Below are positions 1 through 5,661 of a stretch of 5,661 bases of DNA, piece by piece. This stretch comes from Paraspadella gotoi (lineage: Eukaryota; Animalia; Chaetognatha): assembly GCA_051294375.1 (NCBI GenBank), contig JBJCIZ010000732.1:1-5661 (forward strand). The letters are read 5' to 3'. The notes below the pieces were generated by a model. It did no database searches and was not told the origin of the DNA. It was given only the letters and a program-made list of their open reading frames with translations. Positions within the stretch are counted from its first letter, which is position 1; every line of letters begins with the position of its first letter. Both the position numbers and the translations under genes were made by a program.

Positions 1-104
1 AATTTAGTTTGATGAAAGGAGGTGATGTAGGATGGTTAAATGAGATGTAGAGAGATTTAGGTAGAAAGTATGGAGATTTAGGAAGGGATGTTAATGTAGA
101 AATA
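1..104 (+). repeat. C-free, G/A/T-rich degenerate tandem repeat (~10/20-bp periodicity), possibly truncated by the window start
   Basis: There is no C on the + strand in 1-104 (first C at 105). GAGATTTAGG occurs at 52-61 and 73-82, GATGTAG at 24-30 and 44-50, and ATGTAG at 94-99. Confidence 0.55.
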
Positions 105-380
105 CTCTTAAAACTATTTATTCGTTCGTAATAAAAATTTTATTATTGAATCAGTAAAGATAGTCTACTGACATAATGAGGGTATATGAGGAAAAAATGT
201 GCTTTCAAAATGGCGGTTTGATCATTTTTTTCCAAAACTCACTTGTTTTTGTTTTTTAATTTTTTTTTTTTAATATCAATTTTTTTGTGGGGCAGGGGGA
301 ACTTTTAGCACTTTTTTTAAACCAAAAAAAAAAGATAAAAGAAGTTATTTTATGTAAAATAGTTTTAACAATAAATGTCC

Positions 381-462
381 GAAAAGAAGGAAGGAAGGAA
401 TAAGGGGAAAAGAAGAAAGGAGAAAAGGAGGAAGGAAGAAGAAAGAAGAGAAGGAGAAAAGA
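381..462 (+). repeat. Homopurine low-complexity tract (GAA/GGAA/GAAA-like)
   Basis: The tract is A/G only except for one T at 401; 402-462 is 61 nt of uninterrupted purine. Confidence 0.9.
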
Positions 463-814
463 CCTCTTTTTAAAAAAATTATTAAAAGAGAAATATTGTG
501 GGTTCATACTTGTCATATTCACGAATCATTTGAATTTCGGCAATTATATCAAAAAATCGATGATTCTTTTTAAAAATCAATAGCTGGCGCGAGTCCGAGA
601 GTAAATTTTTATGGATTATTTCAACTGTGATTGCCTATTCTTAAAATTTTTTTCAGGCTCTGATGATACTATATTAAAATAATAATGTTTTGGGTTTAAT
701 AATTACTTTTAAAACTCGGTCATATATTTTGATGAAAAAAAAAATAAAAAAGATTATTTATGGTAAATTATCCTTTCTTTTTCGTTGTTTGAGTGAGCAC
801 AAGATAATTTAAGC

Positions 815-956
815 AAAGTTTGATTATTTTTGCATACGAATTTTATTTTACTAATGAGCAGGACATGTTTGTCGGCTCGTATTGTTGAGCCCGAAAACTA
901 TGTCTGCTCTTGAAAATTATAAATTCGGTTTGCAAAAATAAACATTTTCAAACTTT
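815..956. repeat. Long imperfect inverted repeat (foldback), probable MITE or non-autonomous DNA transposon relic
   Basis: Nested pairings read directly: AAAGTTTGA 815-823 / TCAAACTTT 948-956 (9/9); TTATTTTTGCA 824-834 / TGCAAAAATAA 931-941 (11/11); CGAATTT 837-843 / AAATTCG 921-927; GAGCAGGACATG 856-867 / CTATGTCTGCTC 898-909 (two bulges); GGCTC 874-878 / GAGCC 887-891; 8-nt loop at 879-886. A possible outer pair is GAGTGAGCA 791-799 / TGCACACTC 1007-1015 (8/9). The transposon origin is inference. Confidence 0.85.
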
Positions 957-2118
957 TTTTGGAATTGAAAAAAGATTTTATAAAATTTTTAAATAATTTC
1001 ACTTTTTGCACACTCTTAATTGAACCAAGGCTGAGCAGCTTACTTTTATATTGGTTTTAAAAGCTTTCGTAAGTTTATATCAAGCTCTTCATATTTTTTA
1101 AGGGTTTCTGAGGATATTAATATTGTTAATATTTTATAAATTTTATAAATACTTTGTTTTTTTTAAAAATAGTGCGCTAAATAAGTTTCAAAATTTGAAT
1201 TTAGAAAACAGTGATTGGATAATGAAAATCCTAATTTGAAAAAATAGCCCAACTTTCTCCACTCATTGTCAATGGGCCATATCTTAACTGTATCAAATTA
1301 TAAAAATTTTAACACTATAAAGTTAGTTTTATAAGTATTTTCTACTTCAACACTTAATTTTTTTAAAATCATGAATATAACCATCTGGTTTGCAAAATGC
1401 AGCAAGTATTTTCTCCGGCGCTTGCTAGAATATTGTCACCATGTAATTATGCCACATTTATAAGTTTTTATGATCTTCTTGTTTATAGTTTCTTAATTAT
1501 GTTTTTTTATTGTTGCTGGAAATTTTTTAATGTTTATATTTTTCTAAATATGAATGAAAAAGTTTCTAAAACTTTAATGTTGAGCAGAGAATTATAGTTG
1601 TCTATTTATTGTTTTGCATATTTATGAAAGAAATTCCTACACTTAATTCAAACTAAATTTTAAAATGTTTATTTACTGAAGTTGATTATATTGCCATGCA
1701 AGTTAAATAAGAATAATATTTTTAGCTTTAAAACTTATTTAAAGAAGTTGAAAAAAAGTTTTCTTATCGTAAATAGATTATTGTCACTTTTCATTAGCTG
1801 TTGAACCTGCCTTAGTAGATCAGTTCCTAAATCCGGGTTTTGATGGTATGCAAGTCTTAATTTGTAATAAATAATTTGGATGAATATTGTTTTCTTTGTT
1901 TTTAAAAGAGTCAATAGGGCATTTACTAGTAAAATACAAACAATTGTTTGTACAAATTTCTATCTCTTAATTTGTCAGCTATTGTGTTTGTCGACTTATT
2001 ATTTGATCCCGTGCAAAAAGCTAGTCTATTTTTATCACTAAGTAAGTCGTGTTGAATAAACTTACATAAACCCATTTTACATTTATTATACATTTAAAAA
2101 CTATAATAAAAGATACAT

Positions 2119-2355
2119 GAAAGAAGCAAAGATAGAACAAATGAAAAAATAAGAAAGAGAAAGAAAATGAAAAGAAAGAAAAAAGAAGAAGAGGGAAAGA
2201 GAAGAAAGAAAGGGAAAAGGAAAAGAAAGAAAAAAAAGACAAGAAGAAAGGAAAGAAAGAAAGAAAAGATAAAGAAAAATAAAGAAAAAAAAAAGTAAAG
2301 AAAGAAGAAAGAAATAATAAAGTAATAAAGAAAAGGTAATGAAAGAAAGAAAAGA
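2119..2355 (+). repeat. Long purine-rich (GAAA)n/(GAA)n-like low-complexity tract
   Basis: About 235 nt that are almost entirely A/G; 2169-2239 is 71 nt of uninterrupted purine. This tract produces the spurious F/S/L-rich minus-strand ORFs. Confidence 0.92.
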
Positions 2356-2424
2356 TGATAAAAAACTTTTATGGTCGTCAAATGCAAATGAATTTTTTGA
2401 TGATGGAGCGTCAGAAATCGTTAG

Positions 2425-2470
2425 TCTCTCTCGTTCTCTCTCTCACTTCTCTCTTCTTCTCTCTCTTCTT
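2425..2470 (+). repeat. Degenerate (CT)n/(CTT)n pyrimidine microsatellite
   Basis: The sequence tctctctcgttctctctctcacttctctcttcttctctctcttctt contains only two purines. Confidence 0.85.
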
Positions 2471-3405
2471 GCCTAAATTCCATTCAATCAGTTCCATCAT
2501 TACATGTTTTCCTCATAGTCTCATCATTCAACTTCTTTGATCCGTATAATCTTTACATATAAGATTTTATAAATAGTTACATTTTATGAAAAAGTCAGAT
2601 TACTTTAAGATCATGCAAAATGGTATAAATGTAAAATTGTAAAAAGATAGTTTAGCGGAATAAAAAAACTATCCTGTTAACTTTTTAATACGCCTGATGG
2701 AAATCCAGTATTGAGTTTTGCGTAACCAAGGTTGGAATGTTCTTCAACAAGACGAAATAAGGCTTCTTAAGTTTTCTGCCAACGTTCTGGCTTGGATTGA
2801 ACCAAACTTCGGGTAAAGAGTTGCATATCTTTACTGAGTTATGTCAATGCGGTTTGTTTTTGGGCGATCTTAAATAGTACATTGAAAAGTAAATAAAATA
2901 GAAAGAAAACTAAATTGCCAGATGAAAATGAAGAAAATAACAAACTGGACAAAAATATATTTTAACACGATCAATAGAAAAATTTCAAGCCAGACAGCAA
3001 GTACGAATAAAGAGACAGAGAATCAAGTGGGGGAAAAATAGGGAGAGAGAATATGAATATGACATATGAAATAGTACTAAACTGGGTGGGCGCTAATTTG
3101 CTGTGGCCCATGTGAGGTCATTTCGTTTACGAAAACTAAGTGTTAATTGGTTAATTCATTTTTAAAAACTCATTTAAAATTAATTTTTAAAACGTGAAAA
3201 TCCAAAATTTAAGAACTATGTACAGACTTTCAAATTTAGTACGTGGATACTAAAACAGAAATAAAGGAAAAAATTAATCAAATATACTAAAAAGATTGAA
3301 AGAGCTACAGGACTGTAAAAAATGCGTATTGACGTAATTATGAACCAAGTTAGATATAGAATTGATATCAGAGTTTCAATCAACGAAGTAATCATTGGAC
3401 TGGGG

Positions 3406-3406
3406 A

Positions 3407-3433
<27 letters not shown>
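3406..3433 (+). repeat. Poly(A) mononucleotide run (A28)
   Basis: 28 consecutive A residues between TGGGG and GAACGTT. Confidence 0.95.
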
Positions 3434-3437
<4 letters not shown>

Positions 3438-3485
3438 GTTCAAGACTCGCAATGATCAGTTCAAATCTAAATGAATGTGCTAATG

Positions 3486-3860
3486 GCAGATGTGTCCGAC
3501 TTCAGTTTCTCATAGAGAGTTTCATTTGGTGATAGTGTGTTTCCATTTGTACGTTGCTCTATGTTGTTTACTGTCCTTTCAAAATTTTCATTTTCCTTGG
3601 GCGTCACTTCAATTATTCTCTTCATGCTCTTTTCTCAATCTGTTCTTTCATTTCTGTTGTACCGCTGCATTCATACACATATTTTGAAGTAGGTATGCAT
3701 AGCAGTTAAAAAGGTTTTTTAGTGGTCTCTTATATTTATGTTTTTCCAATTTCTCATTAATACTTGTTTGTGTATATCCATACCAGACTGGAATAGTTTA
3801 AGACAGACACGACCAGAGAAGAGATGACCGATAAATAGAGCATGGAAAAACACTCTCCAT
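3486..3860 (-). mobile_element. Highly degenerate non-LTR retrotransposon fragment (RTE-clade-like; end of RT and post-RT region), frameshifted
   Basis: Manual minus-strand translation across frameshifts gives, in order: MESV (3860-3849), IY-x-GH (3836-3824), LKNLFNC (3722-3702), CIPTSKYVYEC (3699-3667), SMKRIIEVT (3628-3602), KLK (3508-3500) and VGHIC (3500-3486). Order and approximate spacing follow the RTE pattern as I recall it: YIYLG...LK.KVFNQCVLPVMTYG.ETW...AMER..LGV...KLKW.WAGHI.R. No database alignment was run. Confidence 0.5.
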
Positions 3861-4066
3861 AAATGGTTGGATTTCTAATCCTTTTAGAGATACGAAACGG
3901 ACTGTCGATGGTAAAGAGAGAGAGATTAGTCTCTTATATTTTATAGTATGAATTTTCAATTTAGTCTCACATGAAAAACTAAAATGAGATTTTAACTTGG
4001 TCCTAATTGGAGGATAAAAAGAAGAGGAAAGAGTAATAATCGTTAAGTAATAGGTAGGGATTGTTG

Positions 4067-4128
4067 GAGCTACGTTAACAAAGAGTTGGTAAGTTTTGAG
4101 TTACGTAACAGAAAGTTGTTGTGGTTTT
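4067..4128 (+). repeat. Degenerate 31-bp tandem duplication
   Basis: GAGCTACGTTAACAAAGAGTTGGTAAGTTTT (4067-4097) is followed by GAGTTACGTAACAGAAAGTTGTTGTGGTTTT (4098-4128). Confidence 0.55.
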
Positions 4129-4599
4129 CACGGCAACGAGTTGAAATTAGGCACTGAAAACGTGGTAAGCGAGTTGCAGGAGAGGAGAGTGTCTGGCTCT
4201 TGTCCTTAAACTTGGTGCGTAAACGTGCGGGAATTCGTTGTACTACCAATTATTATGAATCTCGTTAATCTTAAATCAAACTATATTAAAAAAGAAACCA
4301 AAAAACCGAGTTTTATAATATTTGGTAATTAAAAAATTGAATTTTGGTTATGCAGACAAAAAAATTAACAAGGGTCGATGACATAGATTTAAAAAAGGAT
4401 TCTTTCATAAGTTCAAATTAGAGGAGAGAGATAGATTATTTTCATATGTAAAATTTTGCTCAAATTTATGTATATTTTAATATGTAACTTTTTTTTGGTT
4501 CTATTGCAGCGACTGACACAAGAAAGTTATCGCCCTGTTCTTCTTAATTCTTATTACATTGATATTTGATATCCTCCTCTCATAGAGTGTCCATTGATT

Positions 4600-4671
4600 T
4601 AACCCGACCGGGTTAGAACCTGGGACCATCGCATTAAAAGAGGAAGCGTTAGTCCAGTGCGCTATTACGTA
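4600..4671 (-). pseudogene. tRNA-like element (resembles tRNA-Lys(UUU)): tRNA pseudogene or tRNA-derived SINE head
   Basis: The minus strand reads TACGTAA TAGCGCACTGG ACTAACGC TTCCT CTTTTAA TGCGA TGGTC CCAGGTTCTAACCCGG TCGGGTTA. It has an A-box-like TAGCGCACTGG (4664-4654) and a B-box-like GGTTCTAACCC (4620-4610) 33 nt apart, which is tRNA spacing. The D-stem pairs 3/4, the loop CTTTTAA (4640-4634) sits at the anticodon position, there is a GGTC variable loop, and the T-stem pairs 4/5 with a 6-nt loop. The acceptor and anticodon stems do not pair, so it is not a functional tRNA. Confidence 0.7.
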
Positions 4672-5130
4672 TCCAACGATGTTACAAAACTACACGATTT
4701 CAATTTCATTTTAAATTATATTTCTCCTTCTTTCATAGTTCTCATTACTTACTATTTCTTTGTCATTTCTATTTCTCTCTCCTTCTTAATATATATTTGT
4801 CTTTCCTTTTTCCTTTATGTTGTCGCGCTAACGATTCACTTTATTTTCTTCCTCAACCATAAACAAAACAATTCCTTCTCTCTTATTTTTCTTTTCAAAA
4901 ACGAAGGGAGAAGACACTCTTTTGTATCCAAGATTGACCTCATAAAATCTGATGTTTTTGCTTGTTTCTCTGATGCTGCTTGCTTCTTTTACAATTCGCA
5001 TTACAACATTATGAGATCATTTAATGATTTTAATCTTCATCCGCGCTGTCACATTTTCTTTCCACACCTTACCTTCCATTCTCTCTCCTCACCATTCTTT
5101 ACCTGAGATGAACTTACTTATCCGCACCCA

Positions 5131-5477
5131 NNNNNNNNNNNNNNNNNNNNNNNNNNNNNNNNNNNNNNNNNNNNNNNNNNNNNNNNNNNNNNNNNNNNNN
5201 NNNNNNNNNNNNNNNNNNNNNNNNNNNNNNNNNNNNNNNNNNNNNNNNNNNNNNNNNNNNNNNNNNNNNNNNNNNNNNNNNNNNNNNNNNNNNNNNNNNN
5301 NNNNNNNNNNNNNNNNNNNNNNNNNNNNNNNNNNNNNNNNNNNNNNNNNNNNNNNNNNNNNNNNNNNNNNNNNNNNNNNNNNNNNNNNNNNNNNNNNNNN
5401 NNNNNNNNNNNNNNNNNNNNNNNNNNNNNNNNNNNNNNNNNNNNNNNNNNNNNNNNNNNNNNNNNNNNNNNNNNNNN
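5131..5477. other. Assembly gap (347 N)
   Basis: Run of N characters; the true length and content are unknown. Confidence 0.99.

Positions 5478-5508
<31 letters not shown>
5478..5508 (+). repeat. (AG)15 dinucleotide microsatellite, truncated by the gap
   Basis: A perfect AG repeat begins immediately after the N run and is a likely cause of the assembly break (inference). Confidence 0.95.
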
Positions 5509-5511
<3 letters not shown>

Positions 5512-5661
5512 TGAAATGGCGAATAACAATGGAGGCGGAATTTTTAAGAATAGGAATTTTTTATTTCCCCGAAATTTTGATTTTTTTTTCTGAAATCGAA
5601 TTTTTTTCGAATTGAAAAATAAAAAAAAATATTTATGCATTTGGTTTAGACTAAACAATGA

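Noticed and set aside
256-522. Minus-strand 88-aa ORF
   Set aside because: It has a GTG start and F/S/L/P/K-rich sequence that simply translates the purine tract and A/T runs; no domain is recognisable.
1401-1426. Small hairpin AGCAAG...CTTGCT
   Set aside because: A 6-7-bp stem with no U-tract or other context is expected by chance.
1397-1597. Plus-strand 66-aa ORF
   Set aside because: It is short, with F/L/Y/I composition expected from T-rich DNA and no recognisable homology or gene context.
185-2517. Inverted 15/16 match between 185-200 and 2502-2517, and an inverted 12-mer at 1-12 and 1648-1659, as possible TIRs
   Set aside because: The matches are short and A/T-rich, extend poorly and have no TSD, so they are compatible with chance.
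2021-2540. ORFs 2021-2242(-), 2094-2387(-) and 2355-2540(+), resembling hydrophobic membrane peptides
   Set aside because: Poly-F/S/L content comes from reading low-complexity pyrimidine strands that lack stop codons.
2697-2816. ATG-initiated 39-codon frame with an in-frame TGA (MEIQY*VLRNQGW...) as a selenoprotein or readthrough candidate
   Set aside because: There is no redox motif, no resemblance to a selenoprotein family I know, and no SECIS-like stem seen downstream.
3081-3120. CTGGGTGGGC as a Tc1/mariner-like TIR start (possible partner CACCCA at 5125-5130), and an AGGTCA nuclear-receptor half site at 3115-3120
   Set aside because: There is no flanking TA, the match is only 6 bp and runs into the gap, and the half site has no partner forming an EcRE.
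3216-3687. ORFs 3216-3452(-) and 3490-3687(+)
   Set aside because: The first has a TTG start and includes poly-F from the A28 run. The second is better explained as antisense to the decayed retroelement.
4657-5106. Plus-strand 149-aa ORF with an apparent transmembrane segment
   Set aside because: It has a GTG start inside the tRNA-like element, and its F/L/S/I bias comes from a CT-rich tract. No family is recognisable.
5024-5658. Two 189-aa ORFs spanning the gap
   Set aside because: They are artefacts of translating through 347 N and the (AG)n repeat.
1-5661. CRISPR array, prokaryotic operon or defence system, rRNA, intact transposase
   Set aside because: There are no regularly spaced identical repeats, no gene-dense coding structure and no long credible ORF; the sequence looks like eukaryotic non-coding DNA.

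Overview
This is an AT-rich, low-complexity, apparently non-coding eukaryotic segment (intergenic or intronic) from a draft assembly. The repeat style suggests an insect or other arthropod, but that is inference only. There is a 347-nt N gap at 5131-5477, abutted by an (AG)15 microsatellite. None of the supplied ORFs is a credible gene: most are F/L/S/K-rich products of purine/pyrimidine or A/T tracts, and two run through the gap. The supportable content is (i) an imperfect ~140-bp foldback at 815-956, probably a MITE or DNA-transposon relic; (ii) long homopurine tracts; (iii) an A28 run; (iv) a heavily decayed minus-strand remnant resembling the RT/post-RT region of an RTE-clade LINE at ~3486-3860; and (v) a minus-strand tRNA-like element with Pol III A and B boxes at tRNA spacing (~4600-4671), resembling tRNA-Lys(UUU) and probably a SINE head or tRNA pseudogene. 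I see no prokaryotic operon, no CRISPR array and no convincing novel biological system. The findings are modest leads.
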